From a virus: a DNA stretch of 64,000 nucleotides. The notes beneath the pieces were generated by a model. The model ran no database searches. It saw only the letters and a program-made list of their open reading frames with translations, and had not been told where the DNA came from. Every line of letters begins with the position of its first letter. Within the stretch, counting starts at the first letter, position 1. This document shows, piece by piece, positions 18,734 to 27,759 of this stretch. Position numbers and translations under genes: made by a program. The stretch covers positions 26,693-90,692 of the IMG/VR virus record IMGVR_UViG_3300023202_000135; one strand, 5' to 3'.

Positions 18734-21436
18734 TCAGACCGACGCTTCCGTGAACTCGGCGCCCGACTGGAACACCGCGAAGTCGATCTCGACGATCTCG
18801 GCCGCCTCGATCGGGATGAGCTGGATCCGGCCGCGCATCGTCTTCTGCCGACGCACTTCCGGCGGGTTGGTCGTCTCGTCGCACCGGACCGAGAACCGCT
18901 CCAGGCCGCGATCGGCCTGGATGGTTGCCAGGATCGGGTTGACGAGCTGCACGAACCGGTTCCAGGTCACCGGGTCGTTGGGCTCGAACACCAGGAAGCG
19001 CACCGCGGTCGCGATCAGCTTCTCAGCGTGGAGCAGGAGGCGGCGGATGTGGAGCGAGTTGAGCGCCGAGTCGCGCCGCAGGGCCGTGCGGTTGCCGAAG
19101 AAGGTGATCCCGGTCGGGAACTGCACGAAGGGGTTGACCCGGTTGGTGTCGCCCACCAGCAGGTCGCGGTCGGTGAGGGTGGGGCTGTACTCCAGCTTGA
19201 GGCCTTCGACCACACCGCGGGCGTGACCGGCGATCGGGAACTGCGGCCCGGCCACCGCGTCGGTGTAGGCCATGAGCGCCGTCAGCTTGCCGGACGGCGG
19301 AGTCCACACCTTGCGCTTGTTGTAGTCATCCTGGATCTGCGTCCACGGCCACGCGATGACGGCGTAGGACGTGTCGATCGCGTTGACCGGGCTGTTGGGT
19401 AGGGCCGAAACCCCGTTGTGCCAGTCGACCACCTCGTCCCGGCTGAGGCCGAACGGCACGTCGATGACGGCGAGCGCGTCGGCCCGGCTCTCGGCCACGT
19501 CGATCATCTCGTTGATGACCTGATAGTGCGTGGCTCCCGGGATGGTGATGACGTTGGTCTCGATCAGCTCGGCGTTGCGCAGGGCTTGCAGGCCGGTGGC
19601 CTTCTGCCCAGTGACGCTGCCGATGTAGTCGGCCGAGGTCACGATCGAGTTGCCGCTGCCGTCGACGAGACCATCGCGGCCCGCGGTGCCGGGGGCGACG
19701 CCGAGTTGGTAGGTGCCGACCGAAGGCGACCCGTTGTCCTCCAGGACGTCGGCGCGCACGTAATCGGACGGCACGGCCTCGTTGCCCAGGCCCTCCTCCA
19801 GCACCAGCTCGATGTTGCGGTCGCTGTTCGGGTCGAGGTTGAGGCCGCGGTAGCGCTCGACGGTCACCAGCGTCCCGGTCTGGTCGGCCGGGGCGCGAAC
19901 GACGAAGTCGAAGCTGCCGGCCGGGGAGCCCAGCAGGGTCGACTGCTTGACCTCGACCTCCAAGTCGTTGCCCCAGGTGCCGGGGCTGATCGCGGTGATA
20001 CCGACCACGGACGCGGTCACGCCGGGGAGCCCTTCGGCACCGCCGGAGAGGCCGGTCACCGTGATGTTGGCGCCCGTAGTGGTGATGTCCTGATTGCCCT
20101 GCTCGCCCGGATCCTCGGCGGTGAGGTCGGCGGCCGGGACGGTCACGGTGGCGTCGACGGCCGTGACGGCGGTCTGTTGGTTGATGGCCACGATGAGGTT
20201 GGCCATGGTCGTCGCGGCGTCGGGGCCGATCAGGACCGGGACGTTGCCCGAGACCCAGGCGTTGTCGTCGTCGAACTCGAAGGTGACGCCCGCGCCGTCC
20301 GCGCCGCCGGTGAGCTGCGTGAGGACGAGGTCAGCGTCAGCGTCGATGGTCGACAGGTTGGCGTTGTCGCCGTCCGCGCCCTCGACGTCGTGGACCAGCT
20401 TGACGGTCGGGGTGCCGCCCTGGTTGGCGGTGTCGTCGCTGGCGGTGATCTGGAGCAGGCCGACTCCGTTGATGGCCTGCACGAGATTGAAGAGGGTGTC
20501 CGCGATGGTCGCGCCGATCCCGCCCGCGACGGATCCGGGGGTAGTGGACGAGTCGTTGTCGAACTCGAAGGTGACGGCGTGCTCATCGGCGCCCGAGAGC
20601 GTGGACGGGGCAGTCGGCGGCGTGGCACCGGCGACCGCGATGGTCGCGCTGTTGCCCTTGTTGGTGACGATGTCGTGCGTGAGCAGGACGTCGTAAGGGC
20701 CGGCGCCGGTCGGGGCGCCTGCGGTGATGTTGAGGGCCGAGCCGTTGACGGCTGCCTGGAACTCGGAGGCGCCGTTGTCGACGGTCGCGCTCTTGTCCAC
20801 TTCGATGTCACCGGTGGTGAGGCCGCCGCCATCGGTGAACTCGAAGATCACCTCGTTGTCGAAGGCGTCGTTGAGCGTGACGGTGTCGTTGGTGGTCGGG
20901 GTCGACGCGAAGCTGGCCGTGGCGCTGGCCGCGACGCCGTTGCCGTCGTCGATCGTGAGGTAGTCGGCGTCATCGGCATTGTCGGAGAAGACGATGTCGC
21001 CTTCGGAGGCCACGGCGCCGCTGCCGTCATTGACGCTGACCAGCTCGCCATCGGTCGGGTTGAGCGAGCTGTCGAAGGAGACCGTGCCGGTGGCAGCGAC
21101 GGGGTCGGTACCACCCGAGAGGCCGGGCAGGGGCCGGTCGGCCTCGATCGCCCCGTAGGTGGGGTTGTCGGTGTTGGCGATGCGGAGGAAGATCGCGTTG
21201 TTGCCCTTCTTGAGGTACTGGACGAGGGCTTGCAGCCCGTGGTCGTCCAGACGAGGGCGTCCGAGCTTGCGGACCATGTCCGCCTCGCTCGTGATCTCGA
21301 TGGGTTCGCTGAGGGCGCCCTTGCTGGCGCCGCCGATGAAGGTCGGCCGGGTCAGGCCCAGGTTGAGCGCGTACTCGGTGAAGTCGAACTCGTTCGTGAA
21401 GATGCCGGGGCTGAGGCGGGCGGTTGGGATGGGCAT
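18734..21436 (-). CDS. gp18: Tail sheath protein with a large nested insertion
   Basis: Start MPIPTARLSPGIFTNEFD after an AGGAG RBS; C-terminal WPW, PPSG, PIAG..RG, VNPF, FGNRT, IRRLL, FEPND motifs. Confidence 0.95.
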   Translation of the reverse strand: MPIPTARLSPGIFTNEFDFTEYALNLGLTRPTFIGGASKGALSEPIEITSEADMVRKLGRPRLDDHGLQALVQYLKKGNNAIFLRIANTDNPTYGAIEADRPLPGLSGGTDPVAATGTVSFDSSLNPTDGELVSVNDGSGAVASEGDIVFSDNADDADYLTIDDGNGVAASATASFASTPTTNDTVTLNDAFDNEVIFEFTDGGGLTTGDIEVDKSATVDNGASEFQAAVNGSALNITAGAPTGAGPYDVLLTHDIVTNKGNSATIAVAGATPPTAPSTLSGADEHAVTFEFDNDSSTTPGSVAGGIGATIADTLFNLVQAINGVGLLQITASDDTANQGGTPTVKLVHDVEGADGDNANLSTIDADADLVLTQLTGGADGAGVTFEFDDDNAWVSGNVPVLIGPDAATTMANLIVAINQQTAVTAVDATVTVPAADLTAEDPGEQGNQDITTTGANITVTGLSGGAEGLPGVTASVVGITAISPGTWGNDLEVEVKQSTLLGSPAGSFDFVVRAPADQTGTLVTVERYRGLNLDPNSDRNIELVLEEGLGNEAVPSDYVRADVLEDNGSPSVGTYQLGVAPGTAGRDGLVDGSGNSIVTSADYIGSVTGQKATGLQALRNAELIETNVITIPGATHYQVINEMIDVAESRADALAVIDVPFGLSRDEVVDWHNGVSALPNSPVNAIDTSYAVIAWPWTQIQDDYNKRKVWTPPSGKLTALMAYTDAVAGPQFPIAGHARGVVEGLKLEYSPTLTDRDLLVGDTNRVNPFVQFPTGITFFGNRTALRRDSALNSLHIRRLLLHAEKLIATAVRFLVFEPNDPVTWNRFVQLVNPILATIQADRGLERFSVRCDETTNPPEVRRQKTMRGRIQLIPIEAAEIVEIDFAVFQSGAEFTEASV

Positions 21437-21452
21437 CGGTAGCTCCTGTAGG

Positions 21453-21632
21453 TCAGGCTGGGATGATTCGTAGGTGTCCCTGTCGCGCAAGCGACCACGT
21501 CAAATCTCCGATCAAGTTCCGGCCGTGAACAACGCTTTCGGCGGCGGGGATGGTGTAGTTGAAGGGGAACCCGTTGGCGTCCTTCAACACGATCGCGATG
21601 CTCTGTCCGAGCAGGTTCCTGATCTCCACCAT
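21453..21632 (-). CDS. Small hypothetical protein (59 aa) upstream of the sheath
   Basis: MVEIRNLLGQSIAIVLKDANG...LARQGHLRIIPA*; its ATG overlaps the upstream stop (TGATG). Not in the ORF track. Confidence 0.65.
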   Translation of the reverse strand: MVEIRNLLGQSIAIVLKDANGFPFNYTIPAAESVVHGRNLIGDLTWSLARQGHLRIIPA

Positions 21633-23230
21633 CAGACCGTGTGTCCGTTGTAAGGTCCGGTGTACTTGGCGGCGTAAACCGCGGAGAGGAGGAGGGCGTC
21701 AGGCACCACGAGCGCCAGAGAGTCCTCCTTGGGCCGCGCGAGCAGCGCGAATCCTACATTCACTGCCGAGTCGATTTGCTCCTGCTTCGTGTAGGTCGGA
21801 GCAGAAACGTCGTCCTCAACTGTGACCATCGCATCCCCGACGATGCCGGGTTGGAGCAGACCAACGACGAGATACGGGTGCGGAGCAAGTCCATGCCACT
21901 CGTACCGAACGCTGGAACCGAGGTCAACTGTAGTAGTCTGACCTATCTTGTCCAGCGAGAGCACCTGTCTCACATCGGGCCCCATGACGGTCAGGAGCCG
22001 CGGTGCGCCCCCCGGCGTTCCGGCGAATCCGGGCTGGTACATCTGGTCCGCAACGACGGTGAAAATGTGGACGTTCTTGGGCGGCCCGGAGCCCGTGGGA
22101 GGCAAAAGAAGCTCGTAGGTCGACGTTATGTCACCGGCCTCGTTGCGTTGAAGGCCCTCGAAAGACAGTGGATCGGGGTCCGGGGCGAGGTACCGGAACG
22201 CAGTGGAGAAGATCCCCACGCCCAGGTTGTCCTCGGTCACCGGAGCATCAGCAATCGTGACGCTGTCGTCGTCGTCCCCAAGGACCAAATCCAAGCCGGC
22301 GGCGGGCTTGGGCTTGTGATACGCCAACTCGTTCCAGGCGACCTCCGCATCTCCGGTCTTGGGCCACTTGCCCGCGAACTCGGCCGGCTCCCAGGGAATG
22401 TGGTAGAGGTTCGGCGTCGTGTGGGCCTTGTCCTCGCTGAACCGCGACGCGGGTGACGTAGTGTCACTGACCCCGAATATGGGAGCCTCGATCGAAGTGA
22501 CCGGGTGCGCCGACACGGTCGGGTTGCGCATGATCCACGTGCGCAGCTCGACGGTCATGATCGTCCGGATATACCGCTGGTCGGGGCCCTCCAAGTCGGA
22601 CTGCTCCGCGAAGCTGAGCCACCTGAGCTGTTGCTTCCACTCCCCAAAAGGGTCGCGGTGGTCGACGGACAGGAGCATCTCCTGGTCCTGCATGCCGAGC
22701 GTGCCGAGCTGACCGAGCACCCACTCGCGGAAATAGTTGTCGGTGTATCGCTTGAGGCACCAGAAGGTGATGTCGTAAGTTGTGCGGTACGGCGCGGGCC
22801 AGGGGTGAATCTCCCACTGTTCGGTCTCGACGTTGTAGTGGACCTTGCGCAAACGCTTCGGCACCCCACGCACGCCTTGATCCGGCACGGGCTCGCGCCG
22901 CTCGATGATGGCGATCGGAAGCGGGAGCACTTCCAGGTCGAAGCGGCTCGCGACCGCCGACTTCATCTTGGCCGCGACCTCATCGACGGTCCCCGACGTG
23001 TCAGTCGGCTTGATCCAGTCCATCGCGACGAGCAGGTCCACGACAGCGGCGAAGCCTTGCTGCGGCCCGCCCAGGCCCAGGCCGACGAGGAGCGGCTGTT
23101 CCCCCGGAGGCGGCTGCAACGGGCTCTCGTTCGGCCACGTGCCGTAATCGACCAGCAACGATCGCAACCACCGCCACATGGCGACGTCGTGTGTCCTGAT
23201 CGAATCCTCGTAGGTGTACGGCTGACTCAT
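21632..23230 (-). CDS. Tail terminator (gp15-like) with C-terminal extension
   Basis: LPLP.....R, PAPYRTTYDITFW, SDLE...RYIRT motifs; position between neck and sheath genes. Confidence 0.65.
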   Translation of the reverse strand: MSQPYTYEDSIRTHDVAMWRWLRSLLVDYGTWPNESPLQPPPGEQPLLVGLGLGGPQQGFAAVVDLLVAMDWIKPTDTSGTVDEVAAKMKSAVASRFDLEVLPLPIAIIERREPVPDQGVRGVPKRLRKVHYNVETEQWEIHPWPAPYRTTYDITFWCLKRYTDNYFREWVLGQLGTLGMQDQEMLLSVDHRDPFGEWKQQLRWLSFAEQSDLEGPDQRYIRTIMTVELRTWIMRNPTVSAHPVTSIEAPIFGVSDTTSPASRFSEDKAHTTPNLYHIPWEPAEFAGKWPKTGDAEVAWNELAYHKPKPAAGLDLVLGDDDDSVTIADAPVTEDNLGVGIFSTAFRYLAPDPDPLSFEGLQRNEAGDITSTYELLLPPTGSGPPKNVHIFTVVADQMYQPGFAGTPGGAPRLLTVMGPDVRQVLSLDKIGQTTTVDLGSSVRYEWHGLAPHPYLVVGLLQPGIVGDAMVTVEDDVSAPTYTKQEQIDSAVNVGFALLARPKEDSLALVVPDALLLSAVYAAKYTGPYNGHTV

Positions 23231-23673
23231 GCTGCGGACTGCTTACGCTTCTTCTTCTTGGAGTTGATGACCTTGTGCACGGCGTTGACGTCGTAGTCGA
23301 CCGTCGCTAGGCACTCCATGAACTTCGTGACTTCGAGGTACGGTTCGACCAAGCCGTAGGGAACGGCGGTGTACTCCGCGCTGAGGTCTATGCTGCGGTC
23401 GTCGACGAATATCCGGGCGGGGACGTGGCCGTCGAGGTTGTCGGCGTCGCTTATGTGCGCGAGCAAGTTCTTGCCGCCGAGCAGAACGATGAGGCAGTGC
23501 TGCGCGTTGTTGCGGTGCTTCATCGGGATGCGGCGCGGGTTGAAGCCTTCCAGCAACACGTGCTTGGTCGACACGACACCGAACCCGAGCTTCAACTCCA
23601 CCTCGACTCGTCCGACCGTGTGGACGCGAACCGTTCGGGCATTGAACACGCGCGAGGGCAGCTTAGTGGGCAT
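23227..23673 (-). CDS. Hypothetical protein, possibly a degenerate SNase-like fold
   Basis: Start MPTKL at 23673; VEVELKLGFGV...VLLEGFNP echoes the phage thermonuclease pattern (DLGF...VRL.GI..P) but lacks the DGDT catalytic motif. Confidence 0.5.
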   Translation of the reverse strand: MPTKLPSRVFNARTVRVHTVGRVEVELKLGFGVVSTKHVLLEGFNPRRIPMKHRNNAQHCLIVLLGGKNLLAHISDADNLDGHVPARIFVDDRSIDLSAEYTAVPYGLVEPYLEVTKFMECLATVDYDVNAVHKVINSKKKKRKQSAA

Positions 23674-24281
23674 CACGCACCCCTCCGCCGATGCTCGCAG
23701 TTGAACACGCGGTAGAGAGGCACGTTGGTGTTCTTCCAGTACCCGACGTTGTTGGCAGCGACGACGATGTAAATCTCGCCTTGGTAGGTGAACTTGTCGC
23801 CCTCCAGACCTTCGATGCCGGCCGCGTCGAGGAGCGCGCGCGGCGTAGTTATCACGACGTCGCGAAGTTTGTCGAACCCCCACCGCTGGAGGTCGCGCTG
23901 CTTGGCCTCTCGGAAGAACCGGAAGTGGATCCGGCACGGGTCAGCGAACTGCTCCTCCTCGCTGGCGTCGTGTGCGTCGTTCTGGTGTGGCTGTTGCCAT
24001 CCGGTCGTCTTCATCGACTGCCCGACCGATTCGCCGTAGAGTAGGTCGTACCCCGTATTGCCGTCCGCGCCGGTGATGAGGTTCTGTCCGTCGATCGTTT
24101 GCTCAGTGTCGACCTCAGTGTCCTGAACCGGCGTGGTGCATTTGAGGAGCGGGTAGTAGTTGATGCACGGATAGAACCGACGCCACTTCTCCACGATCAT
24201 GCGGATCTGGAACTGGAGGTCTTTGTCGAGCGCCTTGGGGAACGCGGTGTCCTGGACAATGGGCGGGGGATTGGTAGTCAT
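23673..24281 (-). CDS. Head closure / neck protein (gp14-like)
   Basis: DLLYGES, L.RWGFD, GDKF.Y.G..Y.V motifs; located in the neck cluster. Confidence 0.7.
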   Translation of the reverse strand: MTTNPPPIVQDTAFPKALDKDLQFQIRMIVEKWRRFYPCINYYPLLKCTTPVQDTEVDTEQTIDGQNLITGADGNTGYDLLYGESVGQSMKTTGWQQPHQNDAHDASEEEQFADPCRIHFRFFREAKQRDLQRWGFDKLRDVVITTPRALLDAAGIEGLEGDKFTYQGEIYIVVAANNVGYWKNTNVPLYRVFNCEHRRRGA

Positions 24282-24808
24282 TGCGCTGCGATCCTCCGCC
24301 GGATGTTGTGGACGATCTGGCGCACGATCTCGGGTCGGAGCGTCCGGGCGCGCTCGCGCATCTGATCGAGGTGGTTACGCCAGTGCGGGCGCGCGGGCAC
24401 GTTGGCCTTGGCCGATCCGAACTCATGGACCCGGGCCAGCTCGTCGAGCAGGAGCGGGACGATCTCGCCCTTGAGGTTGCGGGCGCGCTTCGCGTGGTGG
24501 AACCCGATGCGGAATATCGCACCGTCCTTCACGAGGCGCCGAAACACGCGGATCGAATCCTTGTAGGTGCCGGTCGCAATCATCACGCGCAGGTCGCGCT
24601 CGGCCATCTCCTTGCGCCGCTTCCACGCGGGCGTGAGGGGGGTGGAGTCGAAGCTCGGGAAGTCCTGCGCTTCGATGCGTCCGACGAACCCATCCTTCTC
24701 GGCCTCCGCAAACTGCGCGACCTCGGCCAACGCCGTAGTGGTCGCCTCTGCCTTGATGGCGGCGGCGATCGGACTGAATGACGGAACCTTCGAGCGCTTG
24801 TACGGCAT
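24278..24808 (-). CDS. Neck/tail completion protein (HK97 gp10-like)
   Basis: MIATGTY..SI and LARVHEFGS...VPARPHWR motifs. Confidence 0.75.
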   Translation of the reverse strand: MPYKRSKVPSFSPIAAAIKAEATTTALAEVAQFAEAEKDGFVGRIEAQDFPSFDSTPLTPAWKRRKEMAERDLRVMIATGTYKDSIRVFRRLVKDGAIFRIGFHHAKRARNLKGEIVPLLLDELARVHEFGSAKANVPARPHWRNHLDQMRERARTLRPEIVRQIVHNIRRRIAAQ

Positions 24809-24810
24809 GG

Positions 24811-25581
24811 CTACTCAATGACGGGGACCAGTGGCCGGCGTCGACGCCGGATCTCTTCTTTGAGTTCGCGTTCCTCCTCCTTGCCTTCCTGGAGCATCTC
24901 GCGTCCGTCAACTTCCTGGACGCCCCCTTGGTCGTCCGCGATGCCGCCGAACTTCGCACGCGCGCGCCCGAGGCTCTGCTTCACGCGGGCCGTGACCATG
25001 TTGATGATCCAGTCCACGTCGCTCTCGGGGATGAGCTGCATACCCGTCTTCGGGTGGCTGTCAGAGGTGAAATGGAACGCGTACTCGAACATCACGTCGT
25101 ACGGAATGGTCGCGGCGATGTCGACGTAGAGGTAGTAGTCCGATCCCTCCCACTGCGCGCGCCAGTCAGGCTCGGAGCTGAGCACGCGCCGAACGTCCTC
25201 CCGAAAGTATAGCTGCTGCGCGTACTCACCGAAGGTCAAGCCCTCAGCACCCACGACGGTAGTTGACAGGATGGTCGATGGATCGAACGGGTCGATGGCG
25301 GGCGGGTTGGTGGGCTTGTTGACGAAGTGGACGTGGGTCACGCCTTGGAACCCGGGCAGCGCCGAGGGGCCCGAGTTGAGCGGCCCGTACCGTTTCTGGC
25401 TCGCGGTCGCGGAGAGTTTCGCGACGCCGCGCCCGGGCCGGTTCCGGTTGTGCAGGCGCAGGGTATGCCGAAGAGCAACCTTGATGTCCTTATCGACTGC
25501 CTCGACCTCGACATTGGACGCGCCCAAAGTGGTGCGCACTTCCTCGTTGAGGTTCTCCAGGGTCAGTTCTTGGTTCGGCAT
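24811..25581 (-). CDS. Head-tail adaptor (gp13-like)
   Basis: LGA..VEVE at the N terminus; K..LGRARAKF...DG..M..EG..E...L.EE at the C terminus. Confidence 0.8.
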   Translation of the reverse strand: MPNQELTLENLNEEVRTTLGASNVEVEAVDKDIKVALRHTLRLHNRNRPGRGVAKLSATASQKRYGPLNSGPSALPGFQGVTHVHFVNKPTNPPAIDPFDPSTILSTTVVGAEGLTFGEYAQQLYFREDVRRVLSSEPDWRAQWEGSDYYLYVDIAATIPYDVMFEYAFHFTSDSHPKTGMQLIPESDVDWIINMVTARVKQSLGRARAKFGGIADDQGGVQEVDGREMLQEGKEEERELKEEIRRRRRPLVPVIE

Positions 25582-25595
25582 ACCCTGCTCCTACC

Positions 25596-26321
25596 TCAGC
25601 GGTTCTTCCGGCGCGTGGTGCGCTTCGCCGCCTTCTTCCGCGTAGTGGTCTTCTTCGCTGCGGTCTTCTTCGATGCGGTCTTCTTCTCGGCGGGCGTGCG
25701 CTTGGCGGGCAGTTTCACCCGGTCCTTGAGGGAGGTGGCGGTCTCTTCCTCCTCTTCGCCTTCTCCTTCTTCCTCCTCGCCCTCGTGGTCGGATGCGTCA
25801 GCGGGATCGCCCTCGTCCTCGGCGTCTCCAGCTTCGTCATCGTCGGTGCCAAGGGCAGCGTCGGCTTCGGACTCGTCTCCGTCGCCCGACCCGTCAGCGT
25901 TGAAAGGATCGGTCGCAGTAGCAGCGCGGGTCTGGTTCGCCACAGGACGGCGCTTACCGCCGCCATCGCCAGCGCCGCCGACAGGATCGCCGCCGCCGGC
26001 CTCGGAACCCCGGCTGCCACCAGCGCCGCTGTCCGTGCTCTCCTCCTGGGCAGGTGAGAGAGCAGCAGCTTGCGCCATTGGTTCCGGGGGAGCGCGAAAC
26101 AAGGGCCCGCAGTCCTCGTTGTGGTAGCGCTCGTAGAACGCGCCCTCAACGACGTAGGTCGCGTCGCCGCGCTTGGGGGATTCGCTGTAGGGGCGGACGT
26201 CGATCCGTCGCCCCTCGGGGTTCTGGATCGTGACAGTGAGCCGGCCGCGGTTGATGAAGCGCGGTTGCGGTTGCGGCGCTTCTGCGGCTTCGGCCTCTGG
26301 TTGCGTGGTGGTCTCGGTCAT
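25596..26321 (-). CDS. Hypothetical protein with acidic linker and Lys/Arg-rich tail
   Basis: 241 aa; RBS GGAG; D/E-rich middle and KKTASKKTAAKKTTTRKKAAKR end. Confidence 0.75.
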   Translation of the reverse strand: MTETTTQPEAEAAEAPQPQPRFINRGRLTVTIQNPEGRRIDVRPYSESPKRGDATYVVEGAFYERYHNEDCGPLFRAPPEPMAQAAALSPAQEESTDSGAGGSRGSEAGGGDPVGGAGDGGGKRRPVANQTRAATATDPFNADGSGDGDESEADAALGTDDDEAGDAEDEGDPADASDHEGEEEEGEGEEEEETATSLKDRVKLPAKRTPAEKKTASKKTAAKKTTTRKKAAKRTTRRKNR

Positions 26322-26426
26322 GGCTTCTCCCTTGTGAATCGGCGCTGCCGATGGTTCAGGCCTTATGGTCGCGGGGAAGCGGCGACCTGCAAGCAGTAGT
26401 AGTGGGGTGACGCTTTGTCACTCCAT

Positions 26427-26454
26427 GAAGAAGCCCGGCGACGGGGCCGGGCTC
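26427..26454 (-). terminator. Putative intrinsic terminator
   Basis: AGCCCGGC-loop-GCCGGGCT hairpin followed by TCTTC on the minus strand. Confidence 0.5.
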
Positions 26455-26482
26455 TAAGTCAAGTCTCGATTTGAGGGGCGGC

Positions 26483-26956
26483 CTATGCGGGGGGCCACGC
26501 GCTCCGCGCACCGGGCCACGCGATCATCACGTCGAAGGCATTGCCGAGCGGGGCATCGGGGTGCTTCTGTTCGCTCCATAGCTCCTGGTACGCGTCTTCG
26601 GTCGGGACGCCGTGCGGGAAGTAATCCGTGGCGTAATCGAGCAACGTCGCCGGGCGTCCGAGCCGCGCCGTCATCACGTGGAGAGTGTAGCACCACATGA
26701 CAACCTTGGCCGGGTTGTTGCACAAGCTGGCGCAGAACGTCAGCAGGCTGCGGTCGTAGGCGACGTTGGTGGCCTCGAACCGTTTGACGGCGATGCCTAT
26801 AGCGAACTCACCTCGCACCTCGCGCCACAAGTCGTCAGACATGGTCGGGTGCACGAGCGGATTGAGGCCGACGAACAGCTCGGCCTCCTCCGCGGTCATT
26901 TCACGCACCGGGCAGCCGATCAGACCGGCGCCCAGGGGTAGTTCTTCGTCGCTCAT
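26483..26956 (-). CDS. Hypothetical protein
   Basis: Start MSDEELP, ATGA overlap with the upstream gene. Confidence 0.65.
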   Translation of the reverse strand: MSDEELPLGAGLIGCPVREMTAEEAELFVGLNPLVHPTMSDDLWREVRGEFAIGIAVKRFEATNVAYDRSLLTFCASLCNNPAKVVMWCYTLHVMTARLGRPATLLDYATDYFPHGVPTEDAYQELWSEQKHPDAPLGNAFDVMIAWPGARSAWPPA

Positions 26957-27441
26957 GTGTCGAGCTTCCTCTGCTTCGATCCGGTCACTTTGGCGTCGTC
27001 CGCGTCGACCTTGAGGCCTTCGCGCCAGCCGACCGGGATGGTTGCTTCTGCGTCCTTGAGTACCCACAGGTGGAACTGGTTCGCGGTATCGACAACCCGG
27101 CTCTCCGCGGGGTACAGCTCGAACGCCTCGTGCTCGGGACCTACGATCTCGTTCTTGATGCGCTGGAGGTCGCGCCAGTCATGGATCGGTTCCTTGTCGA
27201 GGCGCTTGACCGACAGGTGGACGAAGTCGCCGCGGTCTCGGTCGACGTTCACTTGGTATCGGCTGTTCTTGTAAACCTCGGACCGGTTCAGCGCAATAGC
27301 TTCGGACTGCCACTCCTCGTCAAGGGCCTCGGGACGCAAGTGCCCCATGCGGCGCTTCAACTCCGCACCGGTGGTGCGTACGTACGCGCGCTCGAACGGA
27401 GTCCAAGGCGGCGGGCGCGCAGCCCCCTTGCGCTTGCTCAT
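26953..27441 (-). CDS. Conserved phage hypothetical protein
   Basis: HLSVKR.D..PIHDWRDLQRIKNEIVGPE.EA.E.YP..SR.VD.AN..HLW, a recurrent phage family motif. Confidence 0.75.
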   Translation of the reverse strand: MSKRKGAARPPPWTPFERAYVRTTGAELKRRMGHLRPEALDEEWQSEAIALNRSEVYKNSRYQVNVDRDRGDFVHLSVKRLDKEPIHDWRDLQRIKNEIVGPEHEAFELYPAESRVVDTANQFHLWVLKDAEATIPVGWREGLKVDADDAKVTGSKQRKLDT

Positions 27442-27758
27442 CGAACCGCGCGCCTGTGGTCTTCGAGGACGCGCAAGCACTCCGGGCACGAGGCCTTCAT
27501 GACGCACGTCGGGCTGTCGGTCCGGACCAACGCGGACGGAAGGCCACACAGGGTCATCGCGCCCTGCTCCTCGCGGTCGGTGATGCACACGTCGCCGCAA
27601 AGCTGCTCGACGACGTCGCGCCGTCGCGCGTTGAACTCCGCTGCGATGTCGTCGCGCTCCTCCGCGGGGTAGCTGCCGGCGAAGGCATGGACGTCGGTGG
27701 CGTTGATGAGGCGGTCGACCAGCTCGATGGCCTCGCGATTGGATCGGCGTCGGGACAT
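27438..27758 (-). CDS. Hypothetical protein with Cys-rich C terminus
   Basis: Start MSRRRSN; TLCG...SCPEC suggests a Zn site. Confidence 0.6.
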   Translation of the reverse strand: MSRRRSNREAIELVDRLINATDVHAFAGSYPAEERDDIAAEFNARRRDVVEQLCGDVCITDREEQGAMTLCGLPSALVRTDSPTCVMKASCPECLRVLEDHRRAVR

Positions 27759-27759
27759 G

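Noticed and set aside
1-21436. Extracellular contractile injection system or tailocin
   Set aside because: Capsid, prohead protease, neck genes and tRNAs are present, so this is a phage tail.
19418-21442. Long plus-strand ORFs (also 33507-35039, 43968-46349, 49775-52444, 52678-54378, 61141-63558)
   Set aside because: Antisense shadows of GC3-biased minus-strand genes; no RBS or recognisable motifs.
21437-21490. Upstream TTG start for the sheath gene
   Set aside because: The ATG at 21436 has an AGGAG RBS and a typical SPG N terminus; the extension overlaps a separate small gene.
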